From IMG/VR virus record IMGVR_UViG_3300030330_001819, positions 1-25,697 of that record: a DNA stretch of 25,697 nt. One strand, written 5' to 3'. This stretch comes from a virus. Taxonomy: Duplodnaviria; Caudoviricetes. The notes beneath the pieces are model-generated. The model saw only the letters and a list, made by a program, of their open reading frames with translations, was not told where the DNA came from and searched no databases. This document shows, piece after piece, positions 1-7,648 of the stretch; the stretch's first letter is position 1, and every line of letters begins with the position of its first letter. The translations under genes were made by a program, and so were the position numbers.

Positions 1-100
1 AGATCCGAAAGTCGCGTTTGATGTGCTGCTTTGACTGTGACGGAACTCGTTTATCACGTCGCTGATGATGAGCTCTGTATCGCTCCAGACATCATTCCTA
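1..100. repeat. Terminal direct repeat, left copy (circularisation overlap)
   Basis: 1-100 is identical to 25598-25697 except position 99 (t) versus 25696 (g). Implied circle is 25,597 bp. Confidence 0.97.
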
Positions 101-327
101 TCGTCTTTGTCGCCCTGGACACGATCTGCGACGATGATATTCACTCCCCATTCCTTTTGCCCGTACTGCGTCGTGACTTGATCGATCAGGACGTACAGCA
201 TCGGGAACTGTGTCGCGTTCAGTTTCTCGAGATCTACTTCGGAGAGAACTCCGTTTTGAAAGCTCTGTATCTGTCCGTGATTGTTTGCGATCGTCTGAAA
301 AGTGTCGATCAGTTGATTAAACGTCAT
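1..327 (-). CDS. 5' part of junction-spanning 150-aa protein, putative tail terminator/completion protein
   Basis: ATG at 327 reads MTFNQLIDTFQTIANNHGQIQSFQNGVLSEVDLEKLNATQFPMLYV... open to base 1 and continues in frame at 25597 into the 25472..25654 ORF (...FTDRFDNGLTGW...). Function is inferred from size and position among tail genes. Confidence 0.75.
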   Translation of the reverse strand, partial: MTFNQLIDTFQTIANNHGQIQSFQNGVLSEVDLEKLNATQFPMLYVLIDQVTTQYGQKEWGVNIIVADRVQGDKDDRNDVWSDTELIISDVINEFRHSQSSTSNATFGS

Positions 328-544
328 ACCTGTTCCTTTTTATTGAGTCGACATCTTGCTCGTAGCTCAGAAAGTTCAAAGCTGTGAAGAGCCCGATATC
401 AGTCACTGCGTCAATCTTCAATATATCTCCCTGCGCGAGATGATGAATCGTCGAGTACCAGCCCCATTTTTTGCCGATCAGCCCTCCTCCTTCTCCTCCT
501 TGAAAGAGCTGTTTATACTGCTCAGTGATGCGATGCCTAAATGA
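317..544 (-). CDS. -1 frame extension of tail assembly chaperone (gpGT-like product, 238 aa total)
   Basis: After the T10 run (553-544) the -1 frame is open for 75 codons (SFRHRITEQYKQLFQGGEGGGLIGKKWGWYSTIHHLAQGDILKID...NRYDV). It contains no ATG and ends at TAA 319-317, overlapping the next start. Confidence 0.75.
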   Translation of the reverse strand, partial: SFRHRITEQYKQLFQGGEGGGLIGKKWGWYSTIHHLAQGDILKIDAVTDIGLFTALNFLSYEQDVDSIKRNRYDV

Positions 545-1032
545 AAAAAAAAATTCAGTGCTCCCATCGCTTGACGAATAGGCATCTCGAGAAAGGGCTT
601 CTCATTTACTCCTTCGTAATCCTTTACGGAGTAGAACGGGCCATGTCTTTCGGTCACTGGGCGATACAGAACAGACATGATCTTCTCGAGATTTGCCGTC
701 GTATCGCTGCACATGAATTCGAGATCGGTCATCTCTCCGACTGTGATCTTGTCCAGGTTTGGGATAAAGCCGTACTGAATCCCGTCGTGCTCGTAGAACA
801 CATCGAGAGCGTATGACTTCTCGACTGGTTTCATCTGAGCGATCGTGCGTCCTACCTTGTCAAAGCTCTTCTGCGTCATCTTTCGAATCTCGCTGATAGG
901 TATTCCCGCCAGCAAGGAAACGAGCCGCTCTGCTTTGGCTGAGTCGCTTTGCTTCTCCTCGTTCAGTGACATCACTCTTCGATACACTGGTATCGTGAGC
1001 TCGTCGAGTCGTGATGGGATTTCAAGTCTCAT
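478..1032 (-). CDS. Putative tail assembly chaperone (gpG-like), 184 aa
   Basis: ORF contains AAT TTT TTT TTT (NFFF) near its 3' end with an open -1 frame behind it, the architecture of lambda G/GT. Confidence 0.7.
   Translation of the reverse strand: MRLEIPSRLDELTIPVYRRVMSLNEEKQSDSAKAERLVSLLAGIPISEIRKMTQKSFDKVGRTIAQMKPVEKSYALDVFYEHDGIQYGFIPNLDKITVGEMTDLEFMCSDTTANLEKIMSVLYRPVTERHGPFYSVKDYEGVNEKPFLEMPIRQAMGALNFFFHLGIASLSSINSSFKEEKEEG
544..553 (-). promoter_or_regulatory. Slippery site T10 (contains T TTT TTT heptamer) for -1 frameshift
   Basis: Ten A on the plus strand at 544-553; fits X XXY YYZ in the reading frame of 478..1032. Confidence 0.75.
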
Positions 1033-1033
1033 G

Positions 1034-1204
1034 TTAGAAAAATAAATGTCCGAATCTGGTCGCTATCATTACAGCGATGCTGATCGCGACAGCCGTCGCC
1101 AAAGATCCGACGAAGCCCCAAACGAGGCCCGACTCGAAAGCGTGTTTCTGAATTCGTTCTACTTGTCGAACTTGTTCTTCAGTGAAGTGCATCTTATCAA
1201 TCAT
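1034..1204 (-). CDS. Small membrane protein, 56 aa (not in ORF track)
   Basis: Hand translation: MIDKMHFTEEQVRQVERIQKHAFESGLVWGFVGSLATAVAISIAVMIATRFGHLFF. It fills the gap between neighbours and has one hydrophobic segment. Confidence 0.65.
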   Translation of the reverse strand: MIDKMHFTEEQVRQVERIQKHAFESGLVWGFVGSLATAVAISIAVMIATRFGHLFF

Positions 1205-1211
1205 CTGTGTG

Positions 1212-1682
1212 TTATTTGATCCAATACTCGCGAAGAATCCCCTCGGGAGTGAGTCGCTCTGTCCAGAATGTATTCAGCGGACACGCATCCCAGTCGAGAT
1301 CGCTCTCGTCGGTCACTGAGATGTGAAGAAAACAGATTTCGGTTTCTGGATAGTCGCACATCCAAGCTGAAGACCATGTTCCCAAAATATCGAAATCACA
1401 TAGATCAGTATCACTCTCAGTACCAAAGCCCCCGAGCAGCAGCAGAAGATCTCCGCTGTCGACTGATCCCGATCCGTCGAGATCCCAGATGTTCGGACTC
1501 ACAGTCTGCCAGCTTCCGAGCATCGATAGAATCACTCCCGAGTCGCTGTATGTGTTTGTGACAGTGTATGTGTCAGCATAAAGTCGATCTGCATACACTC
1601 GCGCTGTCGGATTACACTCGCACATGTTCTGTGCTGATACGCTGATCGGGATCAGCAGAAGGAGAAGTTTACTGAATCGCAT
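1212..1682 (-). CDS. Exported protein with dockerin/EF-hand-like Ca-binding loop, 156 aa
   Basis: Signal-peptide-like N-terminus MRFSKLLLLLIPISVSA-Q and motif DLDGSGSVDSGDLLLLLGGFG. Confidence 0.7.
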   Translation of the reverse strand: MRFSKLLLLLIPISVSAQNMCECNPTARVYADRLYADTYTVTNTYSDSGVILSMLGSWQTVSPNIWDLDGSGSVDSGDLLLLLGGFGTESDTDLCDFDILGTWSSAWMCDYPETEICFLHISVTDESDLDWDACPLNTFWTERLTPEGILREYWIK

Positions 1683-2814
1683 ATTTTCCAGTGTATTTCG
1701 GCATCAATAGATTCAAACAGCAATATCGAGCCGCGTCAAGTAAGTGATCGTTTCCGTCTTCGGGCACATTCAAGATCTCATTGTTTCGATCCATCTTCCA
1801 TCGATAGCCCTGGAACTCTCGCTCGAGATTCTCTCCGTGATAGAACAGCTTGTTTCGACGCATTAAGTCGATCCCGTTCCTCACGCTATCCGGCCCCTTC
1901 TCCGCTCCTCTGACGTTCAATCCGTATCGACGGAGCTCCGCGATCGATTTCGGTTCTGCTGAGTCAGCGATGATCGGTGTCTTCCCGACGTTCATCGATT
2001 GGATACGCTTCGCGATTTGATCGTTCGTCATGCCCTTCTCATAAAGGAGCTCTTCAATGTACAAAGAGTTCTCGAGCTTGTAGACTGCCACCATTGCAGA
2101 AGGATCTGCGCTGAAGCCCCAGTCGAGCCCGTATCCGATCAGCTTCGCGTGTGCGGGCTTCTCGCCCTTGTGAGCGTAATAGATAGCGCGTCGGTTCGTC
2201 GCTCTCTCCCCCTGTCCGTATATGCGCCAGTATTCCGGATCGGTGTCACGGAGTCGCTCGATCTCTTGCACGAGCTCGGGGGGTAGATGGGGATTGTCTC
2301 GATACGTCGACTTGTAGAAGGAGCAGTCATCGCGGGGAATCACTTCAGTGTATATCCAGTGATGAACTTCGCTCGGATTGTAGTCGAGGATCAACTTCGG
2401 CCCGCGTGTACGGAATGAAAGCTGTCGCCAGTCTGAGAGCGTGAGCTCGTTTGCTTCATTGCAGAAGAGAACGTCTCGAGATCTTCCTCGTATTTTTTGG
2501 CTGTCATCGACGGAGAAGAACTCGAATGTGTTCCCGTACAGACTGTATGTGTTCTCCGATTTATTGTGCTTGCCCGGATCGTACCAGTTCGTACCTTGAA
2601 GGATCTCGAAGAAGTCGCGCATCACTGTCGCTCTGAGTGAAGGGAAAGTCTTTCTGACGATGGATATCACGAGCCCTTTATTCGGATTCGTGTACGCGAA
2701 CTCTATCAGGCACTGAAGGATCGAGTAGCTCTTCCCGCTACGAGTCCCGCCCTGGTGGACTGAAATCCGACTCTTGCAGGACTTTAAGTCATAGTATGTC
2801 TTCGGCTGTTGCAA
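1669..2814 (-). CDS. terL: Terminase large subunit, PBSX/SPP1-like
   Basis: Walker A HQGGTRSGKS, Walker B LFCNEANE, DYNP motif, STYRDNPHL, nuclease motifs GLDWG, ADSAEP and DHLLDAARY. Confidence 0.95.
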   Translation of the reverse strand: MQQPKTYYDLKSCKSRISVHQGGTRSGKSYSILQCLIEFAYTNPNKGLVISIVRKTFPSLRATVMRDFFEILQGTNWYDPGKHNKSENTYSLYGNTFEFFSVDDSQKIRGRSRDVLFCNEANELTLSDWRQLSFRTRGPKLILDYNPSEVHHWIYTEVIPRDDCSFYKSTYRDNPHLPPELVQEIERLRDTDPEYWRIYGQGERATNRRAIYYAHKGEKPAHAKLIGYGLDWGFSADPSAMVAVYKLENSLYIEELLYEKGMTNDQIAKRIQSMNVGKTPIIADSAEPKSIAELRRYGLNVRGAEKGPDSVRNGIDLMRRNKLFYHGENLEREFQGYRWKMDRNNEILNVPEDGNDHLLDAARYCCLNLLMPKYTGKYAIQ

Positions 2815-2817
2815 ATG

Positions 2818-3186
2818 TCACGCTTCAGATCTTCCGTCGTACCCCTCGGGAACGGGAGTGAACCAGATCGCGGGCTTGTCATTTGTGATCGTGTGCTCTG
2901 ATCGCTCGACGTATCCTCTCTCCTTGCCGATTGTCTTCAGATAGAAGATGATTGCAGTCGTATTCCCTTCTCGTATCTGTCCGAAGAGCTTGCTCTCTGC
3001 AAAGTCGATCGAGACGTTCTTCAGCTCGCGAACTGCTTCAGCGTACTCTTCATCGGACTTCATCCAGTTGTAATGTGTCTGACGATCTATCTGCGCTTGT
3101 TTGGCTGCTGAAGACACGACTCCGAGTGTCGACTCAAGAGCCGCGAGCATTGCTTTTTTTTTATCTGCCGAAACTGCCGAACTCAT
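2818..3186 (-). CDS. terS: Terminase small subunit (probable start ATG 3186, 122 aa)
   Basis: HTH-like segment VVSSAAKQAQIDRQTHYNW and AIIFYLKTIGKERGY; directly upstream of terL. The longer 3438 start overlaps other genes. Confidence 0.8.
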   Translation of the reverse strand: MSSAVSADKKKAMLAALESTLGVVSSAAKQAQIDRQTHYNWMKSDEEYAEAVRELKNVSIDFAESKLFGQIREGNTTAIIFYLKTIGKERGYVERSEHTITNDKPAIWFTPVPEGYDGRSEA

Positions 3187-3326
3187 CCCTTCTCTGTTTT
3201 GCGTTGTTTGTACTTGTATGCAGCAAACAATATCAGAGAGATCAGCCCGATGTTGATCGCGTTCGGATGCCAGTGCTCCCCGCACATCCCAGTCGCATGA
3301 TATAAGAAGTCTGTGAGTGTTTTCAT
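3183..3326 (-). CDS. Small membrane-anchored protein, 47 aa (not in ORF track)
   Basis: MKTLTDFLYHATGMCGEHWHPNAINIGLISLILFAAYKYKQRKTEKG; ATGA overlaps at both ends. Confidence 0.7.
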   Translation of the reverse strand: MKTLTDFLYHATGMCGEHWHPNAINIGLISLILFAAYKYKQRKTEKG

Positions 3327-3691
3327 TCGAGTTTGTCCTTATAGTGCTGAATGATTCTCTCTGTCTCTGAGCGATAAAAATCCTTGAACTCTGGTACTTG
3401 GTGCTGATAGTTCTGTTCCCATACTCGATAGAGTACATTTCTAAGACGCTTGCTCTGACTTTTAGGTTCGTCGTACAGATCGATCTCTATTGCGTCGAGC
3501 TCTTCGACTTCTGCTGTGTTGAACTTCATCGCTTGATCTGCTCGAAAGTACAGAACTCCTCCGCTTTCTTCCGTCGCCATCTGATCGATACTCGAGATGT
3601 CCAGGACTTCCTGTGTCGTGAACGTGACTGAGACAGTACGATCTTTCCTCCTGCGATAGCTGGTGAGCTGTGCTGCTTGGAGTAGCTTCAT
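3323..3691 (-). CDS. Hypothetical phage protein, 122 aa
   Basis: ORF with ATGA coupling on both sides; KSQSKRLRNVLYRVWEQ segment. Confidence 0.8.
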   Translation of the reverse strand: MKLLQAAQLTSYRRRKDRTVSVTFTTQEVLDISSIDQMATEESGGVLYFRADQAMKFNTAEVEELDAIEIDLYDEPKSQSKRLRNVLYRVWEQNYQHQVPEFKDFYRSETERIIQHYKDKLE

Positions 3692-3840
3692 TTCTCGAGT
3701 GTTTGATCTTCGGGAGTGATCGACTTCTGAAAATACTCGTGAGTGTCTTTCACATAATTTGCAGGAAGAAGCCCCTCGATAGTCAGCTCGAGCTCTAACT
3801 TCCTCAGACGAGCGAGAAGAGCGGATTCGATTTGTGTCAT
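3688..3840 (-). CDS. Hypothetical protein, 50 aa (not in ORF track)
   Basis: MTQIESALLARLRKLELELTIEGLLPANYVKDTHEYFQKSITPEDQTLEK; ATGA overlaps at both ends. Confidence 0.7.
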   Translation of the reverse strand: MTQIESALLARLRKLELELTIEGLLPANYVKDTHEYFQKSITPEDQTLEK

Positions 3841-4142
3841 ACGTCTTCGGGATAGTAGCTGTCTAATTCTTCTTGGTGCAAGAATCCAATTTTTTGGAAA
3901 ACGTCGAACTTATCTGCGTCTTCACGTGCGAGCTCTCCGTTCACTTGGAATGCTGTGCGCGGCTTTTCCTGCTTTTCCTCCGCGTTACGGATAATCATTT
4001 TTAAGGTATTTCGAAGATGCTCTTCAGTCATCTCATCGACATCAATCTTCTGGCCGTCACGCATTGTCCAAAAGACCTTGTTCGGATCTTTGAGATCAGC
4101 CACAGGAGTTGTAATCGGTTCAAGGTTTGGTAGTGATTTCAT
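3837..4142 (-). CDS. Hypothetical protein, 101 aa
   Basis: ORF with A-rich leader; WTMRDGQKIDVDEMTEEHLRN segment. Confidence 0.75.
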   Translation of the reverse strand: MKSLPNLEPITTPVADLKDPNKVFWTMRDGQKIDVDEMTEEHLRNTLKMIIRNAEEKQEKPRTAFQVNGELAREDADKFDVFQKIGFLHQEELDSYYPEDV

Positions 4143-4160
4143 CTGTTTGTTGATTTTGAT

Positions 4161-4529
4161 TTATTCGAAAGTGTACATATCGGATCGCATCGGCTCGTGA
4201 AATCCGGGATTCACTATCCATCCGAGCCACTGCTGAACAGGGCGAAGAAGCACATTCCATCCCGAGAGACGTATGAAGGGATCGTTCGTGAGAAAGTGAA
4301 CGTCCCGCTGTGATTCATTATCGTACTTCCCGATGTACTGCCAATACCCCTCGTAAATAAGATTCTCGAGAAATGTCGTGTCATCAGCTAAAGAGTCAGG
4401 AATGAAGCACAGCTTTTTCGGCTCAGTGCTATACACGTTCGGAGCAGTGTAGCTCCGCATCGTGTTGAAGTTTGCGTTCCCATCAGCACGAACTACGCCC
4501 TCTTCCCATGTGTACGCATATCGATTCAT
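4161..4529 (-). CDS. Hypothetical protein (probable start ATG 4529, 122 aa)
   Basis: ATGA overlap with the stop of 4526..4852. Confidence 0.7.
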   Translation of the reverse strand: MNRYAYTWEEGVVRADGNANFNTMRSYTAPNVYSTEPKKLCFIPDSLADDTTFLENLIYEGYWQYIGKYDNESQRDVHFLTNDPFIRLSGWNVLLRPVQQWLGWIVNPGFHEPMRSDMYTFE

Positions 4530-4852
4530 GACTCGAGGATTTTGCGAATGAGCTCTTTCGTGATTGCGGGATGAATCGTGTCTTCGAGTGTCATCCATCC
4601 GCGATAGTTGACGGGGGTAGACATATCTTCCGCGTGTCGTACATCAGCCATGTACATCGCTCTCAGGACTTGCTTCCAGCTTTTATTGGGTATCGCTGAG
4701 TACAGCTCGAAAAAGTCTGTGCTCGCTTGCATGATCCAGTTCGGATCTATTCCGGTTGCTTTGGAAGTATCCCAGGCAGCGGAGCACCATTCCTCGAAGT
4801 GATGCTTTTTGACACGATTCCAGTCGTGCTCGATGTTTTCGAATCTCTCCAT
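4526..4852 (-). CDS. Hypothetical protein, 108 aa
   Basis: ORF with A-rich leader and an upstream TATCTTTG element. Confidence 0.75.
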   Translation of the reverse strand: MERFENIEHDWNRVKKHHFEEWCSAAWDTSKATGIDPNWIMQASTDFFELYSAIPNKSWKQVLRAMYMADVRHAEDMSTPVNYRGWMTLEDTIHPAITKELIRKILES

Positions 4853-4869
4853 TTTTGATTGATTTTGCT

Positions 4870-4877
4870 CAAAGATA
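4870..4877 (-). promoter_or_regulatory. Bacteroidota-type -7 promoter element TATCTTTG
   Basis: Matches TAnnTTTG, 17 nt upstream of ATG 4852; no clear -33 TTTG. Confidence 0.5.
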
Positions 4878-4883
4878 CGGATT

Positions 4884-5222
4884 TCATTTGGATTTAGCGT
4901 ACAGCGCGATGATCTGCCGAATTACTTCTTTGTTACAGCTCTGACATCGTTTCGGTCGATGACGCTTCCCCCAGATCCGATTGTAAATGCGGAACACTGT
5001 CGCGGCTTCTTTGGGATTGAGTTCACTCTTTTTCCGATCAAAAATCACATCGAGCTCTGCTATCTCCTCGGGAGTGAGATCCCCCTTGTACGGAAATTTC
5101 GCGTTGAGCCATGCTTTCCGATCCTCGCACCCACAGTCACCGACGAACTGCTTCACGAACCATTCAATACCAGTCGCTCGAGTGACTTTCTCGATACTGT
5201 CTCCAAGACCTTTCGACTTCAT
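4884..5222 (-). CDS. Hypothetical Cys-motif phage protein, 112 aa
   Basis: KGLGDSIEKVTRATGI, DCGCEDRK and CQSC motifs; possible Zn binding. Confidence 0.8.
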   Translation of the reverse strand: MKSKGLGDSIEKVTRATGIEWFVKQFVGDCGCEDRKAWLNAKFPYKGDLTPEEIAELDVIFDRKKSELNPKEAATVFRIYNRIWGKRHRPKRCQSCNKEVIRQIIALYAKSK

Positions 5223-5727
5223 TTTTGAGATGTTCTTTTGCTCGATTGAGCGATTTTGAGAGTGTTGTTAAGCTGATCCCCGTTCCTTCTCGGATGTCTT
5301 TCAGCGTGTTTCCGTTATACCAGAGGACGCAAACGATCCGATCGAACTCGTTCATCTCGTCGAGTTTTTCGTTCATGAAGCGTATCGCGAGCGTAACATC
5401 GGGATGTTCGGAGCTTTCGTACAATTCGCGATATATGCTCTCGCGATGCTTCTGCTCCATTATGATAGGTCGCTTGTGACGTTGATAGTATCGCGAGCTT
5501 CCGCTGTGCCAGCTCATGCGAAGCGAAGCGATGACATATCTCCGTATCTCGGCTGTCTTTCCTTCTCCTCGGGTACATATCCCGTCGGGGACTCCTCGAG
5601 TCATCAGATCAGTCACTACGTCGTGCAGGAGCTCTCTTCCGTCTCCCTGGACGATCGTATTCGCGACTGATAAAAGATCGCTGTAGTTATTCTGAAGATA
5701 GACGCTGAACGCGCTCGCGGAAGTCAT
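5164..5727 (-). CDS. ECF sigma-70-like transcription factor
   Basis: Region-2-like ELLHDV and C-terminal region-4-like HTH (TLKDIREGTGISLTTLSKSLNRAKEHLK). Confidence 0.65.
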   Translation of the reverse strand: MTSASAFSVYLQNNYSDLLSVANTIVQGDGRELLHDVVTDLMTRGVPDGICTRGEGKTAEIRRYVIASLRMSWHSGSSRYYQRHKRPIIMEQKHRESIYRELYESSEHPDVTLAIRFMNEKLDEMNEFDRIVCVLWYNGNTLKDIREGTGISLTTLSKSLNRAKEHLKNEVERSWRQYRESHSSDWY

Positions 5728-6073
5728 CGTACATCTCTAAAAGTTCGGGAGTGCTGAATTTACGAATCTGATTCGATTTCTGCACTATTTCGTCAGCAAG
5801 TCCGGATCTTTCTTCGTTCAGCCGCTGCCCAAAAACGTACTGCTGTCCCCCGTTCTGCATGTTACATCTTGGACACTGGGGGCGAACATTGTCTTCGTGC
5901 CATCTGACGCTGTACTTCGCCCGACTTTGGAAGTGCCCCGCTTGCATTTCGGAGACAGCTTTCACGACTCCGCATGTATAACAATTGACTTTGCCCGCTT
6001 TCGCGTACTTGAGTCGGATGTACTTCGAGAAGATGCTGTCGAGCTTTCGAACGACTGTGCTACGCTTTGTCAC
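5687..6073 (-). CDS. ninG: NinG/Rap-like recombination endonuclease
   Basis: LDSIFSKYIRL, CYTC, AGHFQSR and HEDNVRPQCPRCN follow the lambda NinG family pattern. Confidence 0.85.
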   Translation of the reverse strand: MTKRSTVVRKLDSIFSKYIRLKYAKAGKVNCYTCGVVKAVSEMQAGHFQSRAKYSVRWHEDNVRPQCPRCNMQNGGQQYVFGQRLNEERSGLADEIVQKSNQIRKFSTPELLEMYDDFRERVQRLSSE

Positions 6074-6932
6074 TTTTCGGATGTCCCTTCGGGAGTATAT
6101 CGTTATCCTGAGTGTACTTCTTGTTCTCTGGTCGTCCGTTCTTTACCAGGTAGAGAAAGGCATTCACTCGGGCAAGTGCCCATTGACGCTCGCTCTTGAC
6201 TGCTGGACTGTGAGACGTTTGAAAAGCTCCGACTCCGCGCTTGTACACTGCTCGCAGCTTCGAAACGCTCACTCCGTACCCGAGCTTCTCTTTATATCGC
6301 TCATTGAAGTCGTCGCTCTTCTTCTGAAGAATCTTGTCTACGTCTTTGGGCACTTTTGCTGTGCGCTCTGACGATGCATCTCCTGCCCCCCCTCTCTTTG
6401 GGTTTGGGTTTGGAGTGTCGCTCTTTGGTGCTTTCGGGCTTCCTTTCACTCCCCCCTTCGGCCCGATTTCAGCGTATCTGTCATGCGTCGCACAGGGCAT
6501 GTGATAAGTAACCCCGTCCTTTGTATGCTCGTGGCTGCCCTTGCATCCCATTTCACGAGCGACTCTTTCCGCTGTCGCTTTATCTTTGTAAGCTATACGC
6601 CCATCGATCAAGACTTGATCTTTCTCGAGCTCAATCTCTCCGAGTTCTCTCAGCTTGTTTCGACTCCAAGCGAGAGCCGCTGGGCCGCCCCAAAGGAGAT
6701 AGCTGATCGTCCCGCACTCTGTCGTATTGTTGGCATCATAGTAAACGCGAGCTCGAGAGAGATACGAGTACATACGTTTCACAGTATCGATCGACACATT
6801 CTGTCCTGCTGCGAGCTGCTGAGCTCTCTGCTTTCCGACGAGCGTTCCGCACTTGTTCCCCTCCTTCTCGTTCAGCTCGATTCCTCGTCTTGCGTTGTTT
6901 CGGACACGCTCTCCGTAATCATTGAAGCTCAT
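6060..6932 (-). CDS. Multi-module hypothetical protein, 290 aa
   Basis: Three segments: CGTLVG...SYLLWGG, GCKGSHEH...MPCATH, and VYKRGVGAF...QWALARVNAFL, with a low-complexity P/K/G linker. Confidence 0.8.
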   Translation of the reverse strand: MSFNDYGERVRNNARRGIELNEKEGNKCGTLVGKQRAQQLAAGQNVSIDTVKRMYSYLSRARVYYDANNTTECGTISYLLWGGPAALAWSRNKLRELGEIELEKDQVLIDGRIAYKDKATAERVAREMGCKGSHEHTKDGVTYHMPCATHDRYAEIGPKGGVKGSPKAPKSDTPNPNPKRGGAGDASSERTAKVPKDVDKILQKKSDDFNERYKEKLGYGVSVSKLRAVYKRGVGAFQTSHSPAVKSERQWALARVNAFLYLVKNGRPENKKYTQDNDILPKGHPKSDKA

Positions 6933-7648
6933 TCTTTTCGATAATCAACGCCCCCGAGAGCGTACATGTTAAACATCTCCCACAGACGAGATTCAACTCT
7001 CGGCCCGTACACATCGCTGATCTCTTCGATGCTGAGATTTGTCGTGAGGAGAGTGATCCCGCTCTGATTGAAGTATCGCTTCTCGATGAGATCACTCATG
7101 ATCGGAGCGTCGGTTTTCTTTGCGAATCGTGCGCTTCTCTCTCTCCCTACATCGTCAATATACCATGAACCGAGCTCGAATCTTTTCAGTGAGTTTGCGT
7201 CATTGTAAGCGTCGACGATGTGCATCGCTGTCGTCTGCTTTGCTCCAATCACTCGAGCGAGTGCCCGCATGATCGTCGTCTTGCCGACTCCGTATCTGCC
7301 CAGGATCAGAATCCCTTTTTTCAGACTCAGCTTGTTTATCGATCTCCCCTCTGCGCTTTCGCTCAGATCGTATCCCGTCTGACAAAAGTTGTGATCTTGA
7401 GCTGCATAGTACGCGAGAGAGTTGAGCAGCTTTTGATTTGCGGGCACATACTTAAACTCCGGACACGCTCTCTTTATGTGATCCGCGAGCATGCGCTTCG
7501 CTTCTGATACGTTGATCTGTTTTTTGACTTTGGGCTTTCGAACTTCTTTGAGTTGCTTTCTATACTGACGCTCTGCGTCGGAGATTTTTCTTGGTGGGCT
7601 CTTGCGCTCATCCCAGCGATCAGATACCGTATTTCCTGAGTGAATCAT
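6929..7648 (-). CDS. DnaC/IstB-like AAA+ ATPase (helicase loader)
   Basis: Walker A GRYGVGKT, Walker B YIDDVGRE, TTNLS and YGPRVESRLWEM; follows the initiator gene. Confidence 0.85.
   Translation of the reverse strand: MIHSGNTVSDRWDERKSPPRKISDAERQYRKQLKEVRKPKVKKQINVSEAKRMLADHIKRACPEFKYVPANQKLLNSLAYYAAQDHNFCQTGYDLSESAEGRSINKLSLKKGILILGRYGVGKTTIMRALARVIGAKQTTAMHIVDAYNDANSLKRFELGSWYIDDVGRERSARFAKKTDAPIMSDLIEKRYFNQSGITLLTTNLSIEEISDVYGPRVESRLWEMFNMYALGGVDYRKE

Noticed and set aside
1-100. Terminal repeat as a biological fixed DTR or att site
   Set aside because: It falls mid-gene and has assembler-like length, the terminase is of a type usually linked to headful packaging, and no integrase was recognised.
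3187-3438. Long N-terminal extension of terS (206-aa call)
   Set aside because: It overlaps two better-supported coupled ORFs; ATG 3186 has an ATGA overlap.
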